48,237 bases of DNA. Source: Malassezia furfur (lineage: Eukaryota). Shown one piece after another: positions 31,764 to 41,333 of this stretch (its first letter is position 1; every line of letters begins with the position of its first letter). A model generated the notes under the pieces. It was not told the origin of the DNA. It did no database searches and saw only the letters and a list, made by a program, of their open reading frames with translations. The stretch lies in assembly GCA_052055015.1 (NCBI GenBank), contig JBQJIT010000032.1, one strand, 5' to 3'. The position numbers and the translations under genes are program-made.

Positions 31764-32674
31764 ATGAAGGTCGAAATCTGCTCGTTCAGCAACAAGAAGA
31801 TCTACCCGTACGTACGACGAGAAACAACAGGACGCTAACCGTCAGGGGCCACGGCAAGCTGTTCGTCCGTGGTGACAGCAAGGTGTGTACTGACGAAGTG
31901 CAGGTTCGGCGTATACCGTGGGTGCGATGATGCGCAGACACAGACGAAGAATGACGTGCAGACGCGCTCACGTACGACGATGTGTACAAGGGAGTTGGAT
32001 CGTGCAATACACTGGGGGTGCACAACACATTCACACGAGTGGTTTCTGCCGCGACATTGTACACGCCTCTACTCCCTTTCACACGCCGGACTGAATGTGT
32101 TCGAGCGGTTTGTCGAGCAAGGGTGTACCAAATGAGAAGAGCATCCTCTGCGTATGTTTCTTCTGTCCGGAAGAAACGAGGTGCTTGGACAACTGCATCC
32201 ATGTCTGTACACGCACTCTCTCTCTGTCTGTGTCTGCGTGCACCCTACGCATACCGTCGCCTGTCTTTCCCCCTGTAACCGATACTAACCGCGCAGGTGT
32301 TCCGCTTCATCTCGTCGAAGTCGGAGTCGCTCTTCCACCAGCGCAAGAACCCCCGTAAGATTGCCTGGACTGTGCTGTACCGCCGCATGCACAAGAAGGG
32401 TATCTCTGAGGAGGCCGCGAAGCGCCGCACGCGCCGCACCGTGAAGCACCAGCGTGGTGTTGTGGGTGCGAGCATCCAGGACATCCAGTCGCGCCGCAAC
32501 CAGAAGCCTGAGGTGCGTGCCACGCAGCGCAAGGAGGACCTCGCGCAGCGCAAGGCTGCCAAGAAGGAGCGCAAGGCGGAGCGCAAGGCCAACAAGGCCT
32601 CGCTGCAGTCGACCGGTTCTCAGATCTCCCGTCAGCAGGCCAAGGGCGGCGCGCGGGGTGGTCTCAAGGCTTAA
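31764..32674 (+). CDS. RPL24: 60S ribosomal protein L24 (eL24)
   Basis: MKVEICSFSNKKIYP|GHGKLFVRGDSK|VFRFISSKSESLFHQRKNPRKIAWTVLYRRMHKKG. Introns are 31808-31845 and 31883-32296. Confidence 0.96.
31900..32264 (+). ncRNA. Candidate structured intronic RNA (unclassified) in the RPL24 intron
   Basis: Multiple long complementary segments: 31932-31945/32226-32239, 31920-31925/32240-32245, 31988-31995/32071-32078, 32024-32033/32092-32101 and 32156-32163/32170-32177. Confidence 0.55.
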
Positions 32675-32715
32675 AAAGCTACTAGGTAGCAGAGGGTGCG
32701 AACCCTCGTTGTAGT

Positions 32716-34743
32716 ATGCCCCTTGACGAGTCTTGGTGTGCCGTACCTATGACGTCCGCCTCATTCCTCCCAACCTCCGTTCCCCAGCGCCTGGAAGTCC
32801 GCGCGGCGCCGTTCGGCCGAAGCGTGCGACCCGAACGTCTCACAGTCACCGGCATGGCGGCGGGGAAGGATGAGGCGCTCGCCAGCGTCGAGGCCGCGAA
32901 AAACGATGGTGTTGGCGATGGAGACATCGGAAAAGACACTGGGCTTCAGCATTCGGAATTTGGCTTCTGCGCGAACCCCAATTACCGCTGGAGGTCCGTG
33001 TACGATGAGAGCAAGTTGGAGGTGTCCGAGGAGGACAGCCCGAGCTACATGACGGTGCTGTCCACGTACATGTGCTATATCATCATTATCCTCTTTGGGC
33101 ATGTCCGTGACTACATCGGAAAGCGCCTGTACAAGAGCAGCTTCAAAAATTTGCTGGAGCGCGACGGATACGCGCCGCTCAACTCCGACTTTGACAGCTT
33201 CTATACGCGTCGCCTCAAGACGCGTATCGACAACTGTTTCGAGCGCCCTGTGACGGGTGTGTGTGGACGCACGGTGATGACACTTGACCGCGAGACCACC
33301 GACTACTGCCGGTCCTTCCACCTGACCGGCGGCAAGACCCGTGCGCTGAATATCAGCGCGTACAACTACCTGGGCTTTGCGCAGTCGCACGGCCAGTGCG
33401 CCGACATGGTCGAGAAGGGACTCGACCTGTATGGTATCACGAGTGGCGGCACGCGCCTTGGCGCCGGCTACCTCGACCTCCAGCAGCAAGCCGAGCGGAT
33501 GGTCGCGCGCTTCCTGCGCCAGGAAGATGCGATGCTGATCAGCATGGGCTATGCGACCAACTCGACGACCATCCCGGCGATTGCAGGCCCGGGCACGCTG
33601 ATTCTGTCGGATGAGCTGAACCACACGTCGCTGCGTGCGGGTGTGCGTCTGAGTGGTGCGAGCATTCGCACCTTTAAGCACGCCAGCATCGACGACCTCG
33701 AAGAGGTCCTGCGTGAGACCATCAGCCAGGGGCAGCCGCGCACGCATCGCCCCTGGAAAAAGATTGTGCTGCTGATCGAGGGTCTCTACTCGATGGAGGG
33801 CACGATTGTCGACCTGCCGCGCGTGCTGGAGCTCAAGAAGCGCTACAAGTTTTACCTGTACGTCGACGAGGCGCACTCGATCGGTGCGCTTGGGCCACAG
33901 GGCGGGGGTGTGTGCGAGTACTTTGGCATCGACCGCAGCCTGGTCGACATCCACATGGGCACGTTCACCAAGTCGTTTGGCGCCGTGGGCGGCTACGTCA
34001 GCGGGCGCAAGGCGCTGATCGACCGCATCCGCATGGCGAACCACTCCAACGTGTACGCCGAGACGATGGCGCCGCCGGTCATTGTACAGATCATGACCAC
34101 GCTGGCGACCATGATGCAGGTCGGCCGCAACCCGGCCGACATGGCGCTGCTGCCCAAGTGGATGAAGCTCTCGGAGGACTTTGCGAACGGCGTCGAGGGC
34201 CAGCACCGTCTGGAGCGTTTGGCTTTCAACGCGCGCTACCTCAACCACGGGCTGCGCAAGCTCGGCTTCATCGTATGGGGCAGCCGCGACTCGCCTGTCG
34301 TGCCGCTGCTCATCTTCCAGCCGGGCAAGATGAACAGCTTCTCGGAGCTGATGCTCCGCCGCGATTGGGCCCTGCCGCCGTCCAAACGGTGGGAGGTCGC
34401 GGACAAGGAGTGGAACAGCGCGTCGCTGACCTATGCCAACATCGAGGTCGAGGCGGCCGCCGGCGAAGAGATCCCGCCGCGCCGCCCGCCGATCGTGGTG
34501 GTGATCGTCGCATACCCTGCGACGCCGCTCATCTCGTCGCGTGTGCGCTTCTGTGTGAGTGCAGCGCATACGAAACAGGACATTGACGATGTCCTGACCG
34601 CGTGTGACGAGGTCGGCGGCGTGCTCCGCCTCAAGTACGCCAACGGCGGACCTGGTGGGCGCTGGTCGCTAGATAAGATCAAGCAGCACGCTGTCGAGCT
34701 CGTGGCTTGGAACGGCAAGGACCCTCTGCCCGAGCCCAAGTAG
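32716..34743 (+). CDS. LCB2: Serine palmitoyltransferase subunit Lcb2
   Basis: GYAPLNSDFDSFYTRRLK, SAYNYLGFA, SDELNHTS, EGLYSMEG, DEAHSIGA and PLP-lysine motif GTFTKSFG. The true start may be a downstream ATG. Confidence 0.93.
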   Translation: MPLDESWCAVPMTSASFLPTSVPQRLEVRAAPFGRSVRPERLTVTGMAAGKDEALASVEAAKNDGVGDGDIGKDTGLQHSEFGFCANPNYRWRSVYDESKLEVSEEDSPSYMTVLSTYMCYIIIILFGHVRDYIGKRLYKSSFKNLLERDGYAPLNSDFDSFYTRRLKTRIDNCFERPVTGVCGRTVMTLDRETTDYCRSFHLTGGKTRALNISAYNYLGFAQSHGQCADMVEKGLDLYGITSGGTRLGAGYLDLQQQAERMVARFLRQEDAMLISMGYATNSTTIPAIAGPGTLILSDELNHTSLRAGVRLSGASIRTFKHASIDDLEEVLRETISQGQPRTHRPWKKIVLLIEGLYSMEGTIVDLPRVLELKKRYKFYLYVDEAHSIGALGPQGGGVCEYFGIDRSLVDIHMGTFTKSFGAVGGYVSGRKALIDRIRMANHSNVYAETMAPPVIVQIMTTLATMMQVGRNPADMALLPKWMKLSEDFANGVEGQHRLERLAFNARYLNHGLRKLGFIVWGSRDSPVVPLLIFQPGKMNSFSELMLRRDWALPPSKRWEVADKEWNSASLTYANIEVEAAAGEEIPPRRPPIVVVIVAYPATPLISSRVRFCVSAAHTKQDIDDVLTACDEVGGVLRLKYANGGPGGRWSLDKIKQHAVELVAWNGKDPLPEPK

Positions 34744-34774
34744 CTGAGTCACCGAGAAACGACAAAAAAAAACC

Positions 34775-36609
34775 CTACATACTGGCGCGCACCACACCGA
34801 GCATACCACGGATACGCTCGGTGGGCGTACCGAACGCCAGGCGCACGAGGCCGTGCAAGACTGGGTGAGACACACGACGTACAGGTCCAGCTTTTGGCCG
34901 TGTCGCGCACGGGATAGTCGACGACGGGCGGGATGGACGTCTGGACGATGCCAAACGCCCAGTCCTCGGTCATCGCCTTGGGCCGCGTGAGGCCCAGCAG
35001 GCCCTCGGGGCCCGCAAAGCGGCCGTACCCACTATCCTTGCATCCGCCGAACGGCAGGCCCTGGTTCAGGTAGGAGATACCAAAGTCGTTGATGTTCACC
35101 ATTCCACACTCCAAACGTGCGGCAACCTCGTGGCACGTCGCGCGGCTCGGGCCAAATACCGAGGAGCCCAGGCCGTACGGCGTGCCGTTCGCGATCGCCA
35201 CTGCCTCGTCCACCGTGTCGTAGCTCATCACGAGGAACACGGGCGCAAACAGCTCCTCCTGCGCAATCTTCATGGCGGGAGTGACGTGCGTCAGCAGCGT
35301 CGGTGCAAAGTAGTAGCCCAGCGGCCAGCGCCCATGGCGCACGCGGTGCCCGCCGAGCACGAGGCGCGCACCATGCTGCACGGCGTCGTCGATCAGCGCC
35401 TCGAGCTCGGCAAAGCGCGCGTCGCTGATCATCGCGCCGCAGTCCACCGCATCGGCCCCCGGGCGGTGCGTGCCGAAGCGCGTCTCGTCCAGCGTGCTGC
35501 CGCACCGCAGCGCCGCGATCCGGTCGCGCACCACGCCCACCAGCGCATCGGTCTGGTCGCGCGGCACAATGAACCGCTCGATCCCAATGCAGTTCTGGCC
35601 CATCGCCTGGAAACACGCGCGGAGGAACATGGACGCAAAAAAGGCAAGGTCGGTGCCCGGCAGAATCACCGCGGGGTCCTTGCCGCCCAGCTCGAGAGTC
35701 GTCGCGGTAAGCTGCGGCGCCGCCGCGAGCGCCACGGCGCGGCCGACGCGGTCGCTGCCGATGAACGTGAGGTGGGCGAGGCGCGGGTCGCGCGTGAGCG
35801 ATTCGGCGTGCTCTGGTGCACACACAACAAGCTGCACAAGCTCGGTGGGCAGGCCGCATGCCGCGAGGCACCGGTGCACGCCGAGAATCACCTGCTGCGA
35901 CGTCCACGCGACGTGCTCCGAGCACTTGACCAGGATCGCATTCCCTGCAAACACGGCCGCGATGATCGGGCCAAGCATGTTGTGCACGGGGTAGTTCCAC
36001 GAGACACACGCCGCGACCACACCGAGCGGCTCGTGCACGACCGTGCACCGCTTGTGGGCGAGCAGTAGGTTGCCGCTCCGCGTCTCGGGCCGAAGCACCT
36101 TTTCGCCGTTCGACAGCGTCCAGTTCAGCTTGGCACACGTAGTGAGCAGCTCGCCGAACGCGGCATCGATCGCCTGTGTGAGCACGCGATGGACAACGTA
36201 CCGTTTTGCCTGTGTCGCGGCACGCAATGCGCGCGAGCGTCTCCATGTCGCGCATGACCCATGCGCGCAGCGTGCGGAGAAACTGGCGGCGCTTGGGCCA
36301 TGACGCGGCGCGCAGCGCGCCCTGTGCCTCCGCCGCGGCCGTGATCTTGGCGTGGATGGTAAGCGGGGTGTCGGCCTCGAGCGTGTCGATCACGAACCCG
36401 GTCGCCGGGTCCACACAGAAGACGCGGCCATCGGCGACGACGGGCGGCGCAGGGTCGGGGCGCAGCTTGCCCTGCCAGCCCGGACGCGCCTGCTCGGGAT
36501 CCACGGGTTCGATCGTGGGCACCGCAAGCTCGCCCCAGGGCCAGAGCAGCCAGGCCGCCGCCAGCACCGCGAGCACCGTCGCGACACACCCCTCCACCGC
36601 GTACGACAT
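34775..36609 (-). CDS. Aldehyde dehydrogenase, Msc7/ALDH22-like with N-terminal TM anchor
   Basis: EPLGVVAACVSWNYP, FIGS, LELGGKD, GQNCIGIER, EELFAP and PFGG. Introns are 36174-36201 and 34861-34882. Confidence 0.88.
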
Positions 36610-36641
36610 GGTGTGATTTGGTGCGAATTCGCGCATTTCTC

Positions 36642-36647
36642 CACGTG
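36642..36647. promoter_or_regulatory. CACGTG E-box in the 46-bp ALDH/RRI1 divergent spacer
   Basis: CACGTG at 36642. Confidence 0.45.
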
Positions 36648-36655
36648 CCAACACG

Positions 36656-37771
36656 ATGGAGGCAGCCGCGCGGGCCACGTTTGAGGTCCAGAACGACGTG
36701 GTGGCCCTGGACGCCGAGACGCGGCGCATCTACGAATTTGATGCACAGGCGTACCAGCGCCTGCTACGCGAGGCGCCATGGCGCGCCGACCCGCACTTCT
36801 TTCGGCGCGTGCGCATCTCTGTGGTGGCCCTGATGAAGATGGTCCTCCACGCGCGGCTCGGCGGCGCGAACGAGGTGATGGGCCTCATGAAGGGCACCGT
36901 GTGTGCTGAGACGCACACGTTCTACATTCTGGATGCATTCGCACTGCCCGTGCACGGCACCGAGACGCGTGTGAATGCACAGAACGAGGCGTACGAGTAC
37001 ATGATCCAGTACCTCGAGCAGGATCATGCCGTGCATCGTCCGCAGCAGGCGGTCGGCTGGTACCACTCGCACCCTGGCTATCGGTGCTGGCTGTCGGGCA
37101 TCGACGTCGAGACACAGCAGACCAACCAGCAGCAGGACCCCTTTGTCGCGGTGGTGGTATGTGCGCCATGCACTGACGCAGATCGACCCCCACCATACGA
37201 TGACGACCGGCAAGGTGGACATTGGCGCATTCCGCACCTTCCCAGCGGACTACCGTGCCGAGGAGCGTGCGTCGCAGCACACTTCACTGCCCACGCACAA
37301 GGCCGAGGACTACGGCGCGCACGCCGATCGCTACTATGCGCTGGACGTGGAGCTGTTCACCACCTCGGCGGAACGTCCACTGTTTGCGCTGCTGTGGAAC
37401 GAGTACTGGGCACACACGCTATGCTCGAGCCCGTCGCTGCTGCAGCGCATGCTGAGCCTCCAACACACCAACGAGCTCGTCACTCAACTGTCCCAAGCCC
37501 GCGCCAGAATCGCGAACGCCGGCATAATCCCCGGCGGGGCGTCGTATACCCAGGCAGGCCGCAGCTCGGCCAGTGCCCATACCACCGAGCCTGCCGAGCA
37601 GCTAGCGGCGGCGCTCGAGCGGCGCGCGGCGGAGCAGCCGCTCGCCAAGCTCTCCACCGAAGCGTACGTGCCCGCGACTCACCCAGCGACCACCAGGCGG
37701 CGCATGCGTGGCTCGAGCTGCTGCGCGAGACGCTCAAATCGTCCGTGTTTGGTCCGGTAGAGGAGGAATAA
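36656..37771 (+). CDS. RRI1: COP9 signalosome subunit 5 (JAMM deneddylase)
   Basis: EVMGLM, ALPVHGTETRVNAQNEAYEY, GWYHSHPGYRCWLSGIDV and VAVV|IDP. Introns are 37157-37181 and 37664-37686. Confidence 0.93.
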   Translation: MEAAARATFEVQNDVVALDAETRRIYEFDAQAYQRLLREAPWRADPHFFRRVRISVVALMKMVLHARLGGANEVMGLMKGTVCAETHTFYILDAFALPVHGTETRVNAQNEAYEYMIQYLEQDHAVHRPQQAVGWYHSHPGYRCWLSGIDVETQQTNQQQDPFVAVVVCAPCTDADRPPPYDDDRQGGHWRIPHLPSGLPCRGACVAAHFTAHAQGRGLRRARRSLLCAGRGAVHHLGGTSTVCAAVERVLGTHAMLEPVAAAAHAEPPTHQRARHSTVPSPRQNRERRHNPRRGVVYPGRPQLGQCPYHRACRAASGGARAARGGAAARQALHRSVRARDSPSDHQAAHAWLELLRETLKSSVFGPVEEE

Positions 37772-37834
37772 ACAATGGATTACCGCGATGTACGGGGAGT
37801 TATGGAATGTCGTAGCGCTGTCTACAGCGGCTCA

Positions 37835-39466
37835 TCATGACGCACCCTCCGCCTCGGTGCTCTCCTCGCGCAAAGGGTTCGGCGACGAGTCGGGGGCCGA
37901 GCCGAGGGGGAGCACCGAGGGGCGCGGGTGGCCGTGCCTCGCGTAGAGGTCCACACGGAGCATCTCGAGGGAGTGCGACTCACCGGCCTCGTCGGTCCAG
38001 CGGCCAAGGGCAATATCCTGTTCGGTGATGACGGCGTTCGGGAAGGTGTTCTTGGCCCACTCCAAGACGTAGGCACTCGCGCGCATAAACTTCTTGCTGC
38101 TGTACTTCTTGTGGAAGTGGGCGTGCGCCGGCGGGCGCAGGCAGTAGTCCAGCATGATCTCGGCCGTGCCGAGCAGCTCGTTCTCGGCGTAGGTCGAGTA
38201 GTGTACGAGCGTCGGCGTCCACTCGCCGCGCTCGAGCACCTCGCGCGCCATCCACACAGCGGCGGCGGCGATCAACGAAGGAGGGTGCTCCATCAGCCGG
38301 TGGTCCACCAGCGAGATCTCCATAAAGTACTTGGCGACCGTGCGGGTCTGGATATCATAGTTGTCCGCCTTGGAGATGCGACGCAAAAAGTTCATGGGCG
38401 AAGCATAGCTCAGGTCAAAGTTGAGCACCTTGAGCATGTAGCGTTCCGCACGCAGAATCTCTTCGTCGGTATAACCGCCGTCTGCCAGGTACAAAAAGTT
38501 TTGGATCGAGGGGCACAGCACCTCTTCGTATTTCGCCGCAATGAACAGCGACGTGACACCCACGAGTTGCAGCTTCGAGAGCGAGATGGTGCGGAGACTG
38601 AGGAAGCGGTCCACCACGTTCAGCGCGAGGAACAGCGTCTCGGGGAGCAGACGGAACTTGGAGTGCGTCTCGATCAACCAGTCGGCGAGCACACCACGCA
38701 GGTGCCAGTTCAGGTCCCGCTGCATGCTCATGTAGTCGCCGTTCGGCATGCACTGCAGCTCGATCTGCCGCATGTACGCAAAGATCTCCTCGACGTACTC
38801 GGCAACCATCAACGGGTCGTCGATGTCGTCCTTGTCGAGATCCTCCCATCCTTCGTCTTTCGCACGCACGGGCGCCGCCTCGGCGACCTTGGCACGCTTT
38901 GTCTCGCGCACCTCGGTGGCCTCGACACGCTCCGCGGGCTGCTGGGTATGCACATTCTCCTTGTCACTCTCGTCGCGCGGCGCCTCATCGATCATCATCG
39001 CCTCGGGCGCCTCATGCTTCGCACGCAGCACACAGCGCGTGGCTGCGCTGCGCGTCGGCATCTGGGTCGATCCCGCGCGCGTCGGCAGCGAGCTGACCGT
39101 CGCGCGCGTCCGCGGCGGCTTGGCCTCCTTCTCGTCCGCGGCGCTCTTCTCGCCGGGCTTGGATAGTGCGGCGGTGCGCGCGCGCGTCGCATTCGTCAGG
39201 TCGCCCAGGGCGGCCCGCTTTCGGATGCCGAGTACGCCCGAGGCCGCGCCGTTGGGGCGCGTCGGCGCACTCTCTGTGCTAGCCGAGGCCGCTTTGCTTT
39301 TCCCGAGCACATCTTTGGCAGCGCCAGCGCCGCCAGCCGTGCGGAGCGGACGGTAGGTATTCGCGTTTTCGTCTGTTTTGGACGCAGCACTGCGCGTGCG
39401 TACCGGCGCGCGGCGGACAGGCTGTGGTCAGCGGCGCGTGGGCGGACGTACCAGGTTGGACGACAT
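37835..39466 (-). CDS. B-type mitotic cyclin
   Basis: D-box RAALGDLTN and cyclin box DPLMVAEY...RGVLADWL...LLPETLFL...KLQLVG...AKYEE. A 30-nt intron (39422-39451) follows MSSNL. Confidence 0.93.
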
Positions 39467-40408
39467 GGCCCTAGTATGAATGTCCCAGGCAGAACGACCC
39501 TATCCTCAGGGACCTACACGTAGTCTCGAGGGACGGCCGGGGGAGGGACGAACAGAAACAGTGCCGTCGCGAGGGAAACAGACCCGCCGTTGTGTATCTA
39601 CGCTCGGGTGCCCTCACGCGGCTTGCTGATCACTTGCCGCGAGTCAGCACGGCAGGCGGCACGCAGAACAACACTTAGATACTACGCGAGCTCGCTGCAG
39701 CGTCCCCTCGCAGCGACTGGCCGGGCCGCGCCCTTATGACGCACGCAAGTGCGTGCGACCAACCAAGGCGCCCTCCGGCTCGGCCGAAAACGGCCAACTT
39801 CTATGCGCCGGGTGGGCTGGGTCCGCAGGTGAAATTTCCCGTGCACAGCGCGTGCGGTGGCCCACCCAAATATGCGCGCTGGAATTCTCACAGCCAGTTG
39901 ATCAGCTGCTCGCCAACGCGACGCGCATAGCCCCTCGCGGCGTACGTGCAGTGCCCTATGGGTCCATCCCTTGGCGCGTAAATGGGCGCGACGTAGGGGG
40001 ATCATGTCGTGGCATGCATCATGTCCTCTCCCCTACCATCCAAGCGGGCCGTTACGTGTACACCGCCGCGGGCTGTAGCTAAGTAGCAAAAACGACGCAC
40101 ATGGATCCGCGTTGCACCAGCAGCGTTTTCCACCTACGGACCATCGGGTCATCCAGATTGCATGATCACATCCCGTGTCCCCTCCTATAAGCAGCACGTC
40201 CCTCTTGTAGCACCGTTTGTACAGAAGTGGTTCCCCGCCGGGCCGTGCGATGGGGAGGCCCGGCGCAGCCCCGAATGTCGCAATGTCTCGGCATCAGGAA
40301 AATTGCATTTTTTTTAATAGACCCCGGCGCGTCAACGCGCACGACCCCGACGCGTCCTTCGCGTCTCCTTACACGGGTCACGTGAATTTCATGTGGAGAA
40401 CCGCTACC

Positions 40409-41333
40409 ATGAGCGAGGCGCCTGTCCCACGCGCCGGTGCGCCTGCACGGCGCGGGCGACCACCTTTGTCGTCGTATCCGACTGCTGCCGGTATCAGTCG
40501 AGGAGCTTCAACCGCATGTATGTATCACTACTCTTAAACAGCTCCGCGGCGCGCGCGCACCACGACAGGTGGCCCACCCCGCAAACGAGGTCGGCCGCCC
40601 CGCACGGCGGCTCCGCCAACTGAGGGCCACTTATCCCCCGAGTCCACGCAGGTGCTCAGCGAGACCACACCAGCATCCTATGTTCCAAAGCAGGAAGCTA
40701 TAAAGGCGCCGCTCAAACGGTCGCGTAGCGCAGAAGCGACGACGCCCCCTGCGTTGGTATTCCAATGCGCACGTTGCTCCACTGTCGTGAGTGACTCGTT
40801 CTCGTGGATCATGGCACAGCGCCAGCTATCTATGATTGTACTGCGGGAGGCGACAGACAAAGTCGCGGTCATTGAACCGCCCATCACAAGCAGTGAGCCT
40901 GGGCCTACGCTAGGCAGCAGTTATTCGGTACTCCGATGCGAGCAGTGCATGCACCACCTCGGGCGGAAATACCACGAGACGCCACCTGAGCTCGAGGAGC
41001 TTTGCGGAGCGTTTGCATTCCACGTCGATGCGATCATTGTGTACGTGTCACCTGCTTACCCACAGGTACCAGTTGGGCACAACGTCGGCTTCGGGCCATC
41101 CGACCCATTCGGGCGTGCCAAAGCACAGCCCCCCGCTCATGGGTAGGCGCGAACACGACAAGTGGTCTGGGAATACCAGTCCTAAGGCTCCAGATGAGCC
41201 ACCGAATGAGATGGACAAGGTTCGAACGCTACTTATGGTGCTTGGGGAGCGCCTCTTGCGCGTCGAGCAGCACCTGCAACTCGACCCTCTGCCATCCCCT
41301 GATCCAAACGACGATTCACGCGCCAGTCCCTAA
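40409..41333 (+). CDS. MIS18: Mis18 (Yippee-like Zn domain + coiled coil) with N-terminal AT-hooks
   Basis: VFQCARC...SDS, LRCEQC...LGRKY..TP and IIV|YQLG, with a C-terminal helix. Introns are 40518-40541 and 41041-41065. Confidence 0.8.

Noticed and set aside
31926..32094. Canonical box C/D snoRNA in the RPL24 intron (GATGATG ... CTGA)
   Set aside because: Box C is imperfect, C and D are not juxtaposed by a terminal stem and I recognised no rRNA guide; kept as an unclassified structured RNA instead.
5247..36609. Lipid-metabolism, kinetochore or decapping gene cluster
   Set aside because: The genes (CPT1, DGA1, PLB1, LCB2; HSK3, BRN1, MIS18; PAT1, DCP1) are interspersed with unrelated housekeeping genes, which is expected by chance in a dense genome.
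39829..39848. Minus-strand TGTGCACGGGAAAT resembling the 5' end of fungal U4 snRNA
   Set aside because: It lacks the AUCYUU start, the 5' stem-loop kink-turn, the U6 stem I complement and an Sm site; likely coincidence.
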